From Deltaproteobacteria bacterium (GTDB taxonomy: Bacteria; Myxococcota_A; UBA9160; SMWR01), in contig JAFDEI010000040.1 in the NCBI GenBank assembly GCA_019310425.1, forward strand, positions 108 to 64,107: DNA of 64,000 nt, written 5' to 3'. A model generated the notes under the pieces. That model was given only the letters and a program-made list of their open reading frames with translations, was not told where the DNA came from and did no database searches. Every line of letters starts with the position of its first letter. The first letter of the stretch is position 1. Below are positions 19,439 to 29,808 of this stretch, one piece after another. Both the position numbers and the translations under genes were made by a program.

Positions 19439-21730
19439 TCAGGCTCCCCTCACCGGGAGTTCGACAACCACGCGGGTGCCGTGCGGTGCGACACCACGGG
19501 CACGCACGTAGCCACGGTGATCGGAGACGATGCGCGAGACGATTGCAAGCCCGAGGCCGGTACCCTGGCGCTTGGTCGAGAAGTACGGCTCGAATACCCG
19601 CCGGCGATCCTCGGGCGGGATCCCGACGCCGTCGTCGGCGATTTCCAGAAGCACGCTCTCGATTGCGGCATCGTGGCTCGTCCCGAGATGAATGCGGCCC
19701 GGAGCGTCGTTCTCCTCGCCGTGGCTGCGGACGGCTGCGACCGCGTTGTCGATCAGATTCGTGAGCATGCGTCGGATCTGATCGCGGTCGAGCTCGAGGG
19801 TGGGCAGATGGTCGTCGAGGTCGACGTCGAATTCGACACCTTCGGTTCCCTGATAGCTCGCGACCGCATCGCGTACGATCCGATTCAGGTCAGCGGGCTT
19901 CGGGTCGGCGGCGGGCAGGCGCGCGAAGTTCGAGAACTCGTCGACGAGCACCTTCAGGCTGTCGACGTGGTCCGAGATCGAATCCACGCACTCATCGAAG
20001 ACCCGCGCATCGTCGCTCTCGCCGAAGCGGCTGCGAAAACGCCTCCGGATCCGCTGCGCCGAGAGTTGGATCGGCGTCAGCGGATTCTTGATCTCGTGCG
20101 CGATCCGCCGCGCGACCTCACGCCACGCCTCCATCCGCTGCACCTTGACGAGCTGGCTGTAGTCGTCGAGTACGACGACGGTGCCGAGGCGCTCGCCGGA
20201 ATCGCCGTGCAGCACTTCGACCGTGACGAGCAACGCCGCGACATCGTCGACGATCGGAACCTGGACCTGTCGGCGGATCGGTCCTCGCGCGGCCGGCTGC
20301 AGATTCCCCGCGAGCAGCTCGAGCAGCTCTTTGCAGCGGGCAACCTCCGAAATCGTGCGACCAACGGCCGCCGTCCCGGGCGGAATGTCGAGATATCGCT
20401 CCGCCGCGGGGTTGATGGTGTGGATCCTGCCGGTCGCGTCGAGCGAGACGACTCCCGCACCGATGGTGCCCACGACGGCCTCCATATAGCGACGGCGACG
20501 CTCCAGTTCCTCATTGCTCTGCTCGATGCGCGTACGCGCATCGAGCAGATCGTGGGTCATGCGGTTGAATGACTGCACCAGAAAGCCCACCTCGTCGTCG
20601 GACGTGCGCTCGACTACGACATCGAGGTTGCCGCGCGCAACCTCGGCCGTGCCCTCCGCGAGCAATCGAATCGGCCCGGTCACACTCTTTGCGAGCCGCA
20701 GGCCCATCCACGAGGCGAGCATCAAGATCACTAGAAACGCGAGCAGCAATTCGAGCAGGTAGGCCGAGCGGATGTGGCCAGCGGTGGGCTGGAGTACCCG
20801 ATACTCGTCGAGTGTCGCGCGAATGCTCGCGACCTTGCGCGACTGCGAGAACGGAATGAACGAGTTCACCACCACCGCACCGAGCCGCTCCGCTGGGCGA
20901 CCGAGCCCGACGATCGGCACCACCGCACGAATCACGTCGCCACTGCCGACCTCCTGGGCCCGCCAGACGGACTCGCCCGCGAGACCATTGCGGACGAGTT
21001 CTCCACCGTGGCTCGAGAAATTCATCGCCGGGATCTCCGGGTTGATCGCGCTCACGAGTTCACGGCCGTCTGCGGCGAAGACCTCGACGACTCCGAGGTT
21101 GTATTCGCGCTGCCGCTCGAGCACATAGGCCTCGAGCGCCTCCGTGGCAGCGCCCAGCAGCAGTCGCTCGCCCGCGATCCCTTCCGCGATCCGCTCGCCA
21201 TAGAACAGCGCACTCTCAGCGGTCGACTCATAGTAGGCCTCGGCGACCTCGCCGCTCTGCTTGAGCGCGCGGTCGACCTGGACACTGAACCACTTGTCGA
21301 TCGACTGCGCGATGAAGAATGCAGACACGATGAATAGACCCGAGGTCGTCATCAGTGCGATCAGCACGAAAGCCACCGCGAATTTCAGGTTGAGCTTCGA
21401 TCCGAGGATGCCCTTGCGCCGCGCACTCACGAGCCGCCAGAAGTTCCGCGCGATCAGGAATCCCAGCAACAAGATCAGCATCACGGTGACGGCGTTCAGG
21501 AACAGGAACAGGCCGCTGTCACCGACGCCCTGCGTCAGCCCCGTGATGGGTGGCAGTAGCAACAACGCCCCCACCACAGCCGCGAGCACGAGGCTGATCC
21601 AGAACTCACGCAGACGGCGGCGGCTCTCGGCGGGCGGCGTCAGCTCCGGGGCCCGGGCTGCCGAGCCGCGGCGGGAAGGCCCGTCACTGGGGGGATGCGT
21701 CGCGGCCTTTGGCGACCGGGCCTCGGACAT
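19439..21730 (-). CDS. membrane sensor histidine kinase, NtrY-like (multi-TM, HAMP, PAS, HisKA, HATPase)
   Basis: 763 aa. N-terminal hydrophobic segments; H-box HEIKNPLTPIQLSAQRI (as in NtrY); N/G boxes NLIDNAVAAV, DDGVGIP, GTGLGLAIV. Ends 5 nt before the regulator gene. Confidence 0.85.
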   Translation of the reverse strand: MSEARSPKAATHPPSDGPSRRGSAARAPELTPPAESRRRLREFWISLVLAAVVGALLLLPPITGLTQGVGDSGLFLFLNAVTVMLILLLGFLIARNFWRLVSARRKGILGSKLNLKFAVAFVLIALMTTSGLFIVSAFFIAQSIDKWFSVQVDRALKQSGEVAEAYYESTAESALFYGERIAEGIAGERLLLGAATEALEAYVLERQREYNLGVVEVFAADGRELVSAINPEIPAMNFSSHGGELVRNGLAGESVWRAQEVGSGDVIRAVVPIVGLGRPAERLGAVVVNSFIPFSQSRKVASIRATLDEYRVLQPTAGHIRSAYLLELLLAFLVILMLASWMGLRLAKSVTGPIRLLAEGTAEVARGNLDVVVERTSDDEVGFLVQSFNRMTHDLLDARTRIEQSNEELERRRRYMEAVVGTIGAGVVSLDATGRIHTINPAAERYLDIPPGTAAVGRTISEVARCKELLELLAGNLQPAARGPIRRQVQVPIVDDVAALLVTVEVLHGDSGERLGTVVVLDDYSQLVKVQRMEAWREVARRIAHEIKNPLTPIQLSAQRIRRRFRSRFGESDDARVFDECVDSISDHVDSLKVLVDEFSNFARLPAADPKPADLNRIVRDAVASYQGTEGVEFDVDLDDHLPTLELDRDQIRRMLTNLIDNAVAAVRSHGEENDAPGRIHLGTSHDAAIESVLLEIADDGVGIPPEDRRRVFEPYFSTKRQGTGLGLAIVSRIVSDHRGYVRARGVAPHGTRVVVELPVRGA

Positions 21731-21929
21731 GGAATCGGCGGCCTCGCGATCGGCGGCCGGCCGCCCACGGGGGCGCCGACGGCGCTGGCTATGAGTTGCG
21801 CAAAAGCGTCTAAACCATCGAAAAAACTAATCAAATAGCTCCTACCATGCAAGCGATTCTGATCAAGAATGAGCATCAATTCGTCGATGAGACCAACGCC
21901 ACCGACCCTCTCGGACACCAGGAGAGCGC

Positions 21930-24900
21930 TTGACCTCGATTCTCGACCGCCACCACGAGCGCTTCCAGGCGACTCCGGGCGACAACCAGGCCTTCGAAGC
22001 CCTCGAGGAGCATTATTTCCTCGCCGGGGACTGGGGCAGAGTCATCGCGCTCTACGAGCACCGACTGACCGCGCCCGCACTCGGAGTGAATCGCAAGGAA
22101 CTTGCACAGGTCCGTTTCCGGATGGGTCAGGTCTACCAGGAGCGACTCGCGGACAGCGACCGCGCGATCGAGTGCTTCACCGCGGTGCTCCAGGACGACC
22201 CGGGCAATCGCCAGGCACTCACTCGGCTGCGCCGGGCCCACACCGAGCACGAACGCTGGGATGTTGCTCTCCAGATTGCCGAGGTCGAGTGCGAGTTGCC
22301 GATGCGGCCGAGTGAGCACGCAACACTGCTCGCCGAGATCGGCTCGATCTGGCTCGATCACCTCGGCGACGCCGAACAGTCGCTCACGCAGTTCGAATCT
22401 GCGCTCAGAGAGCAGCCCGAGCACCGCAGCGCGCTGGAGGGCACAGCGCGAGCCTACGAGAGCTGCGAGCGATTTCCGGAGGCTGCCGGCGCCTGGGAGC
22501 GGCTCGTCGGCCAGCTCAAAGGGTCCGACCGCGCGTCAGCACAGGTCGCTCTCGCCAGGCTGAACGCGGGCCCGCTGGAACAGGCAGAGCGTGCGCACGA
22601 CCTCTACCGCAGAGCACTCGGCGACGACCCGAACAACCTCGATGCGATCGTCGAAGTCGCGGCCCAGACGGAAGCGCGCGAGCAATGGCCTGCGCTCGCC
22701 GACCTGCTGGAACGCCGCTTCGAACTGGAGAACGGGAACAGCGAACGTGCGGAGATCGCTGCCCGAATCGGCCGACTCAACGTCGAACAGCTCGACAACC
22801 CCAGCGTGGCACGCATCTGGCTCGAGCGCGCTGCAGAACTCGGCAGCGACCAGCCGGACGTCTACGAGACACTGGCCGACTTCGCACGCGAACGCAGCGA
22901 CGATGACGCTCTGTTCGCGCACCTGCGACAAGCGCGATCGCTCATCGGAGAATCGGTGCCGGTCTCGATGCTGCTCGAGCTTGCAGCACTCCATTCCGAC
23001 CGCGGTGAGGATGAGAAAGCGATCGTCGAGATCGAGTGCGCACTGCAACGGACTCCCGACGACGCGCTCGCGATCGAATCTCTGTCCGATGCGCTCGCGC
23101 GACAGGGACGCGACGAGGAACTCATCGAGGTGCTGGAGCGGCGAGCGGCGCTCGCCGTGCTCGACCCGGAGGCGCGCGCATCGGCGCACGCCGAACTCGG
23201 CGCGCTGTTCGAAGACCGCCTCGGAGACGCTGAGGCGGCGAGGCGCGCATACGAGCAGGCCTTCGAAGCAGACCCCAGCACGCCGGGTATCGCGACCACG
23301 CTCGAGCGGCTGTACCGAAAGTCCGAAGACTGGGAATCGCTTCGCGACTTCCTCGAGGTCGCGGCGCGATTCGGACCCGAAGTCGAGCGAATCAAATCAC
23401 TGTGCTCGCTCGCCGCGCTCGAAAGCGACCATTTCAGCGATCTCACAGCTGCCGCCCGCACTCTCGAAGCGGCACTCGAACTCGACCCGATGAACCCGGT
23501 CGTGCATCGCGGGCTCCAACACATCGCCATCGAATCCGATGACGAGAACCTGCTGCTCACAGCGTATCGGCGCGAAGCCGACGTCAGCGGCGACAGCAGC
23601 GACCGGACCACCTTCTTGATCGGAGAAGTCACGCGAATCCTCGAGTCGCGCGGCGAAATCGACGAGGCGCTCGACTGGCTGCGCAGCCGAATCGCGACCC
23701 GCCCCGACGACCTCTTCAGCCTCTCGACCTGCGCGGATCTGGAGGAGAAGCTCGGGGATACCGAAGGCTTGATCGCCACCCTCGAGGCGCTCGAAGCCCT
23801 GCTGCATACCGATCTTCAGCTCGCAAACCTGCGTCGTCTCGCCGAGGCCTACGGCTCAATCGCGCGCACAGACGACGCACACGCCGCCTGGGAACGCGCG
23901 GTCGCGATCGACCCGACCGACGTCGAGTCGCTTCGAGCGCTCGCCGCTCACCTCGAGGCGGACGGCCGACTGAACGATCTCGCCGACATCCAGCGGCGCT
24001 TGGCCGACCTGCTGCCCGCGGAAGCGCGAGCAGAGTGCCTGGACGTACTCGCGACTCTGCTGGCGGACCGACTCGGCGATATCGATGGAGCGATCACCGT
24101 CCTCGCGCGGTTGAACCAGGAAGCGCACGCCCCCGACGATGCGCTCGAGCGCTACGAATTCCTGCTCGAGCGCGGTGAACGCTTCGAGGATCTCGTACGA
24201 CACCTCGCGCAGCGAGCCACCGAAGTCGGAGACGGTTCCGCGGTGCTCGACCTGCGCCGCGCCAGGCTTCTGATCGACTTCCTCGACCGGCCGCGCGATG
24301 CAGTCGACGCCTATCACGCCGCCCGGCAACAGGCACCCGAGTCGAGCGAGGCTGCCGAAGGGCTCGAACGCGCGTTGCGGTCGGCGGGCGACATGGCCGG
24401 CCTCGCAACGTTCCTGGCCGAGCAGATGGAGGCGGAGGAGGAGCCGAACGCACGGGATGCCCTCGCGTTCGAACACGCGCAGCTACTCGAGGACGAACTC
24501 GACGATGTCCAGGGTGCCACCGACAGCTACCGACATCTGGCGGAATCCGCCGACAGCCCGGCACTGCGCCTACGCGCGACCGAACGCTTCGAGGCACTGT
24601 TGCTGCGATCTGAAGATTGGGCGGGTCTGCGCAACCACCTCGAAAACACACTCGCAGCCGCAGCCGAAGACACGCGGCCGGAATTGCACGAACGGCTCGC
24701 GAAATTGTGCGCGGACCAGCTCGATGACCCGGACAGCGCCCTCGAACACTTCGAGCAGGCCGCCGCTCTGGACCCGTCGCTGGCCGCGGTCTGGCGAGAA
24801 CTCGCGCATCGCTACGAAGCTTCCGGACGAAACGCCGACCTGCTGGCCGCCTTAAAGGCCGAGCTCGCGACGAGCCCGGACCGCGACAGCGAACTAGCAC

Positions 24901-27900
24901 TCCAGAGCCGCGCCGCGCAGCTGTGTGCTTTCGAGCTCGATGACCAGGAAGCTGCGCTCGCGCACTTCGAGCGCGTGCTCGAGATCGACCCCTCGCACCC
25001 GGCGGCCTCCGAGTTCGTGATCGATCGCTGCGAACGCGCAGGCGACTTCGACCGGGTGGTCGAGCTGCTCGAGATCCGCCTGTCTCGGCTGGATGCCGAA
25101 CCACGAGACAGCCACGGCCCGTGGAGCGCGCAACGCTGCTCGCTGCGCGTGCGCATCGCCAAGATCCGCGCGAACGAGATCGACGACCTCGACGGCGCGA
25201 TCGTCGTGCTCGAACCCGCTCTCAGCGAGATCGGCCCGACGGCAACAGTCGCAGAAGCGCTCGCAGAACTCTACCAGCGTGCCGAATTCACGGAAGACCT
25301 GATCGAACTCTGTCGCAGCGCTGCGACGGCCTGCGAAGTCGAAGCCGAGCGCGCGAACTGGTTCGTGCGCCTCGGCGACGTCCTGCGCGGCGAAGGTCGC
25401 GACCCCGACGCAGCCACAGCTTACCGGCAGGCACTGACAGACCGTCCCAATGACCGGGAGGTCCAGGCATCGCTGCGCGAGATCTACCGACGACTGCGAG
25501 AAGACGAACCACTGGTGCGACTGCTCGAGGTCGAACTCTCGCACCTCGCGGGTGCGGACGAGGTGCCGACGCGACTCGAAATTGCCGAAGTCTTGAGGCG
25601 AAGCCACGACCGCGGTGCGGAAGCACTGCTGCACCTGCGGAGGATTCTCGAGCTCGATCCCGGGCATCACGAAGCACTCGACCAGGCCCTCGAACTCGCG
25701 CCGAAGCTCGGCGCGAGTGATGCTCTCCTCGAGCTGCTCGACCAGGCACTCGGCCGCCCGTGTTCCGACACCGAGCGGGCCGCGTTGCTCGCACAGCGCG
25801 CCCAGCTCCTCGGCGACTCGCTGGATCGCCCCGCTCTCGCGATCGATGACTACCGCGAGGCGATCTCGCTCGACCCAACCCGCTCGGACGGCCGAATCGC
25901 GCTGAGGGCACTGCTCGTGGCGCGTTCCGACTGGGTCGCGGTGCTCGACTCGCTGTTCGAGGAAGCGAGCCGCGAGCGCGGCGAGGCCCGTGGCGCGCTG
26001 TTCGCGCAAGCGGCCGAACTCGCTTGGGAGCAGCTCGAGCCCGACGCGGCGTTGCCGTGGCTGATGCGACTGCGGGAAGAACGGCCACGAGACGCCGAGA
26101 ACCTCGCACGCATCAGCGAAGTCCACCGCAGCGCGCGGCGCGCGGAGCCATTGCTGCGTGCACTCGCGGCTGAGATCCCGACTGCAGAGGCGCCGCTCGA
26201 ACTCCATCGAGAACGCGCACGGATCTTCGAGAACGAACTCGGCTCGCTCGAGCGGGCGCTCGTCGCCCTCGAAGAAGCGCGTGCAGTGGATCTCGACAAC
26301 GTCGAAACACTCCAGGATCTCGAGCGACTCTACCGGCTCACGGAACGTCACAGTGACCGGGCCGTGGTGTTGGAACAGCTGCTCGTGGGAGCGGGCGGCG
26401 ACCGGCGCATCACTCTTCTCTGCGACGCTTCGGCATTGTACGAAAACCACCTTGGAGATCCCGAGCGAGCCGCAGCGCACCTGCTCACCGCAGTGGACAT
26501 GTCGCGTGGCAGTACCCTCTACCCCAACCTGCTGAGTGCACTGGGGAGCGCCTTGCACGACACCGGACGCACCGACGCGTGGGCTCGTTGTGCCGAAGCG
26601 GAGCTGCACGCGCTCGACCCGGAGGCGCCGGTATTCTCCGACCGCCGGCGTGAGCTGCGACGCGAACTCGCAACCGCATATGAGCTGCGACTGGGCCGAC
26701 CCGGCGCGGCGCTGTGTCACTTACGCGAGCTCGCCGATCTGAAATGGACCGAGACTCACGGGGCGGGAACCGGAGAACTCGATGCGATCGAATCCGCGTT
26801 ACTGCGTTTACTGCGTGCCGAGGGTAGCTGGATCGAGTTCGAGACCCGGCTCGGCACACACGTCGAGCGGCATCCGGACGAGGTCGAAGCATGGCGAGAA
26901 CTCGCGCGTGTGCGCGAGGAGCGCCTGCGCACGCCGGTTGCAGCAAATGAGGCCTATCGCGCCGTGCTCGCGCTGCGGCCGGACGACGTCGAATCCATCC
27001 GCGGTCTGCGGCGTTGCTCGGAGCTGGTCGGCGATTGGGAAGTCGTCGCCGAAGCGCTGCGTCTCGAGCTCGACCACGCAGACGACCTCTCCATGCGCGA
27101 GCGCACTGCGCTGCTCCGGCGCCTCGGGGACGTCAGCTGGGAGCGACTCGGGTCGACGACGCGCGCGAGCCGCGCATATGCGTCGGCACTCGAATGCAGC
27201 CCCGCCGACTTCGAAGCGCTGCGGTCCCACCAACGCCTGCTCGAAGCGATGGAGGACTGGTCCGGCGCGATCGACCTGTACGAGAGCGAAATCGAAATGC
27301 TCGGGAACGCCGAACCAGTTCGGCGCCGTGAAGCGTCGCTGCGCGCCGGCGAAATCGCACGGGATCACACCGGAGAAATCGAGCGCGCGCTGCGCAGATA
27401 CCTATGCGCGGCGGAACTCGCCGCACTGTCCGTCGATCGGCGCGCCGAACTCGCAGAGCTGCATCGGCGCAACGGCGACCTCGAAGCCTACGCAGAGGTC
27501 TTCGATGACTGGTGCAACGACTCCGAAGCGCGAGCGGGTGCGGGGGACCACCGGCGGCTGTCGGAAGTCCTCGAACAACTCGGTCGTACTCCGAAAGCCC
27601 TCGCGAGCATCGAACGCGCGGCAGAACTCGAGGCGGAATCAGCCGAGGTCTGGGACTCCGTGGCGCGACTGCGAAATCAATGCGACGACCCGGACGGGGC
27701 CGCGGATGCCCTCGAACTCGCGGCGGAAAGGCTCCCTGATGCCGAGGCCTGCGCCCGGCTGCATCTCGCGGCCGCGTTGACCGAACCTCGGGATGCGGAG
27801 AAAGCACTCGATCGCTACCGCGCGGCGGCACGACGCGACTCGGCCGACGCAATGACCGCGGCTGCGCTCGCGCGCCTCTCTTCTGAACTCGGCGACTTCG

Positions 27901-29798
27901 CCGAGGCCGTCGAAATGGCCGAGCGCGCGCTCGACCTCGGCGAATCCGGAGGAAACCTCGACCCGGAGCTGCTGCGTGACACCGCGCTCGTCGGTGCTCG
28001 CGCAGCCCGCGAGCGCGGCAACGACGAAACCGCGGCACGCTTGTATTCGCGGGTGCTCGCCGACGCCCCGACGCACGCGGACGCACTGGCCGAATACGGC
28101 GAGACGCTCGCGGGACTCGGAGACCTGCTGGGCGCTCAGGCCGCGCTCGAAGCGCGCCTGGAGCGGGGAGAGTCCGACGACGCGCGCGCGCTGCACCTCT
28201 CGATGCTCGGCGCAGCACTCTGCGCGTCCGAAGATTTCGAGACCGCGCGAGTACGGCTCGAAGAGGCGGTCGAAATCGACCCCGAACTCGATCGCGCCCA
28301 CCACGACCTGATTGCCGTCTACGAACGACTGGACCGCATCGACGATGGCATCGGGGCTCTCGAGCGCTGGGCCGACCTCGCCGAGGCCGCTCCGGATCGC
28401 GCCGCGCGCCTGCTGCGCGCGGCCGAATGGGAGCTTCGCTGCGACCATCGCGCCGAATCTGCCGAGCGGCATCTGCGCGACGCGATCGAAGCCGACACCG
28501 GAATCACACACGCCCAGGTGCTGCTCGCGGACCACCTATGGGATCAGGGCCGCGGCGACGAAGCCCTCGAAGTCACTTCACTCGCGCTCGAGGCCGTGCA
28601 GGATTCTGAAGCGCGCGGGAGCCTCACGCTGGTCCAGGGGCGCGCCTACGAAAAGCGTGGCGACCGCCGCGAAGCCGCCGAGGCATTCGGGATCGCGGCC
28701 CGCGAAAACCCGCGCAATATCGAAGCCGCACTTTCGAGCGCGCGCCTGCTACGCGGCCTCGGAGAATGGCAGCCGGCCGCCGACACCCTCGACGCATTCG
28801 CGATGAACCACCCGGGCGACGACGCAGGCGGCCAGGCCGACGTGCTGCAACAGCTCGGACGGCTCATGGCCGGGCCACTCGAAGATGTCGACGGCGCGAT
28901 CTCGGCCTACCGGCGCGCCCTCGAACTCGAACCGGGGCGCATCGACACGCGCGCCGCACTGGCCGAGTTCCTGAGTCACCGTCCCGAAGACCGCGACGAA
29001 GCACTCGACCACCACGAGGCACTGCTCGCGGAGGACCCGACTCACGCGTCGTCGCTGCGCGTCCTGCTTCGGATCGCGCGCGAACAGCGGAACGAAGCGG
29101 CGATCGCGACCGGCCTCGGCGTGCTGCGCGCACTCGGCATCGCATCACCGCGCGAACTCGAGGAAGAGACACCGAGCACGACCTTGCACTGTGCCGGCAA
29201 GCGCGAGCTGGCCGACCCGCTCTGGGAGAAACTACGACGAATCGCGTCCGAAGCGTCGCGAGAAATCGCGCAAGCGCTCGAGGCCTCTCCGAGCCCGTCG
29301 GTCGACGGTCACGCCGACCCGGCCTCGACGTTCCGCGCCGCCGCAATCGCGGCGGAGGGCGAGATCAGCGCCGCGGCGCTGATTCCACTGACCGAACAGG
29401 AACTCGGCGAGGCGTTGACCGTCACCGCAGCCATCGCGCTCGACCCGGAACATATCCACGGCGATGGGCGACTCCTGAACGCGATGTCGAGTGCGATCCG
29501 ACGACGACTGCGGCGACGAATTCGCAGGATCCTCGCAAACGAATCGCTCGAGCGGATCGCCGCGGTCGACTTCGGCGCCTGGCGCACCGAGGTCCGCGCA
29601 CTCGCGAGCGCGATCGCACTCGACCAGACAGATGGCGACCTGCGGACGGCGCTCGCGGTGCTGATCTCCGAGGAATCGGATCGCCCCGTCCTCGATCTGC
29701 CCGCGGACGCAGACCTCACGCCGTACGTCGCGGCCTACCCGCTCGCGCAATCGCTGATGCGGCGCATCGTGCACACCTGGCTCGCGAGCCTCAAGTGA
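21930..29798 (+). CDS. giant tetratricopeptide-repeat (TPR) protein, 2,622 aa, no visible signal peptide or TM segment
   Basis: Single 7,869-nt ORF (TTG start with GGAGAG just upstream). A/L/E/R/D-rich helical repeats carry many TPR-turn signatures, e.g. ALGDDPNNLDA, ALELDPMNPVV, AVAIDPTDVES, VLEIDPSHPAA, ILELDPGHHEA, AISLDPTRSDG, ALELEPGRIDT. The last ~330 aa are non-repeat and include IRRRLRRRIRRIL. Confidence 0.85.
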   Translation: MTSILDRHHERFQATPGDNQAFEALEEHYFLAGDWGRVIALYEHRLTAPALGVNRKELAQVRFRMGQVYQERLADSDRAIECFTAVLQDDPGNRQALTRLRRAHTEHERWDVALQIAEVECELPMRPSEHATLLAEIGSIWLDHLGDAEQSLTQFESALREQPEHRSALEGTARAYESCERFPEAAGAWERLVGQLKGSDRASAQVALARLNAGPLEQAERAHDLYRRALGDDPNNLDAIVEVAAQTEAREQWPALADLLERRFELENGNSERAEIAARIGRLNVEQLDNPSVARIWLERAAELGSDQPDVYETLADFARERSDDDALFAHLRQARSLIGESVPVSMLLELAALHSDRGEDEKAIVEIECALQRTPDDALAIESLSDALARQGRDEELIEVLERRAALAVLDPEARASAHAELGALFEDRLGDAEAARRAYEQAFEADPSTPGIATTLERLYRKSEDWESLRDFLEVAARFGPEVERIKSLCSLAALESDHFSDLTAAARTLEAALELDPMNPVVHRGLQHIAIESDDENLLLTAYRREADVSGDSSDRTTFLIGEVTRILESRGEIDEALDWLRSRIATRPDDLFSLSTCADLEEKLGDTEGLIATLEALEALLHTDLQLANLRRLAEAYGSIARTDDAHAAWERAVAIDPTDVESLRALAAHLEADGRLNDLADIQRRLADLLPAEARAECLDVLATLLADRLGDIDGAITVLARLNQEAHAPDDALERYEFLLERGERFEDLVRHLAQRATEVGDGSAVLDLRRARLLIDFLDRPRDAVDAYHAARQQAPESSEAAEGLERALRSAGDMAGLATFLAEQMEAEEEPNARDALAFEHAQLLEDELDDVQGATDSYRHLAESADSPALRLRATERFEALLLRSEDWAGLRNHLENTLAAAAEDTRPELHERLAKLCADQLDDPDSALEHFEQAAALDPSLAAVWRELAHRYEASGRNADLLAALKAELATSPDRDSELALQSRAAQLCAFELDDQEAALAHFERVLEIDPSHPAASEFVIDRCERAGDFDRVVELLEIRLSRLDAEPRDSHGPWSAQRCSLRVRIAKIRANEIDDLDGAIVVLEPALSEIGPTATVAEALAELYQRAEFTEDLIELCRSAATACEVEAERANWFVRLGDVLRGEGRDPDAATAYRQALTDRPNDREVQASLREIYRRLREDEPLVRLLEVELSHLAGADEVPTRLEIAEVLRRSHDRGAEALLHLRRILELDPGHHEALDQALELAPKLGASDALLELLDQALGRPCSDTERAALLAQRAQLLGDSLDRPALAIDDYREAISLDPTRSDGRIALRALLVARSDWVAVLDSLFEEASRERGEARGALFAQAAELAWEQLEPDAALPWLMRLREERPRDAENLARISEVHRSARRAEPLLRALAAEIPTAEAPLELHRERARIFENELGSLERALVALEEARAVDLDNVETLQDLERLYRLTERHSDRAVVLEQLLVGAGGDRRITLLCDASALYENHLGDPERAAAHLLTAVDMSRGSTLYPNLLSALGSALHDTGRTDAWARCAEAELHALDPEAPVFSDRRRELRRELATAYELRLGRPGAALCHLRELADLKWTETHGAGTGELDAIESALLRLLRAEGSWIEFETRLGTHVERHPDEVEAWRELARVREERLRTPVAANEAYRAVLALRPDDVESIRGLRRCSELVGDWEVVAEALRLELDHADDLSMRERTALLRRLGDVSWERLGSTTRASRAYASALECSPADFEALRSHQRLLEAMEDWSGAIDLYESEIEMLGNAEPVRRREASLRAGEIARDHTGEIERALRRYLCAAELAALSVDRRAELAELHRRNGDLEAYAEVFDDWCNDSEARAGAGDHRRLSEVLEQLGRTPKALASIERAAELEAESAEVWDSVARLRNQCDDPDGAADALELAAERLPDAEACARLHLAAALTEPRDAEKALDRYRAAARRDSADAMTAAALARLSSELGDFAEAVEMAERALDLGESGGNLDPELLRDTALVGARAARERGNDETAARLYSRVLADAPTHADALAEYGETLAGLGDLLGAQAALEARLERGESDDARALHLSMLGAALCASEDFETARVRLEEAVEIDPELDRAHHDLIAVYERLDRIDDGIGALERWADLAEAAPDRAARLLRAAEWELRCDHRAESAERHLRDAIEADTGITHAQVLLADHLWDQGRGDEALEVTSLALEAVQDSEARGSLTLVQGRAYEKRGDRREAAEAFGIAARENPRNIEAALSSARLLRGLGEWQPAADTLDAFAMNHPGDDAGGQADVLQQLGRLMAGPLEDVDGAISAYRRALELEPGRIDTRAALAEFLSHRPEDRDEALDHHEALLAEDPTHASSLRVLLRIAREQRNEAAIATGLGVLRALGIASPRELEEETPSTTLHCAGKRELADPLWEKLRRIASEASREIAQALEASPSPSVDGHADPASTFRAAAIAAEGEISAAALIPLTEQELGEALTVTAAIALDPEHIHGDGRLLNAMSSAIRRRLRRRIRRILANESLERIAAVDFGAWRTEVRALASAIALDQTDGDLRTALAVLISEESDRPVLDLPADADLTPYVAAYPLAQSLMRRIVHTWLASLK

Positions 29799-29808
29799 GA
29801 CACGCGGC

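Noticed and set aside
21786-21799. Sigma-54-like promoter TGGCTATGAGTTGC upstream of the giant TPR gene and next to the sigma-54 activator gene.
   Set aside because: The GG-to-GC spacing is one nucleotide shorter than the strict TGGCAC-N5-TTGC consensus, and the -24 box is TGGCTA. It is not convincing without a PWM score or experimental start site.
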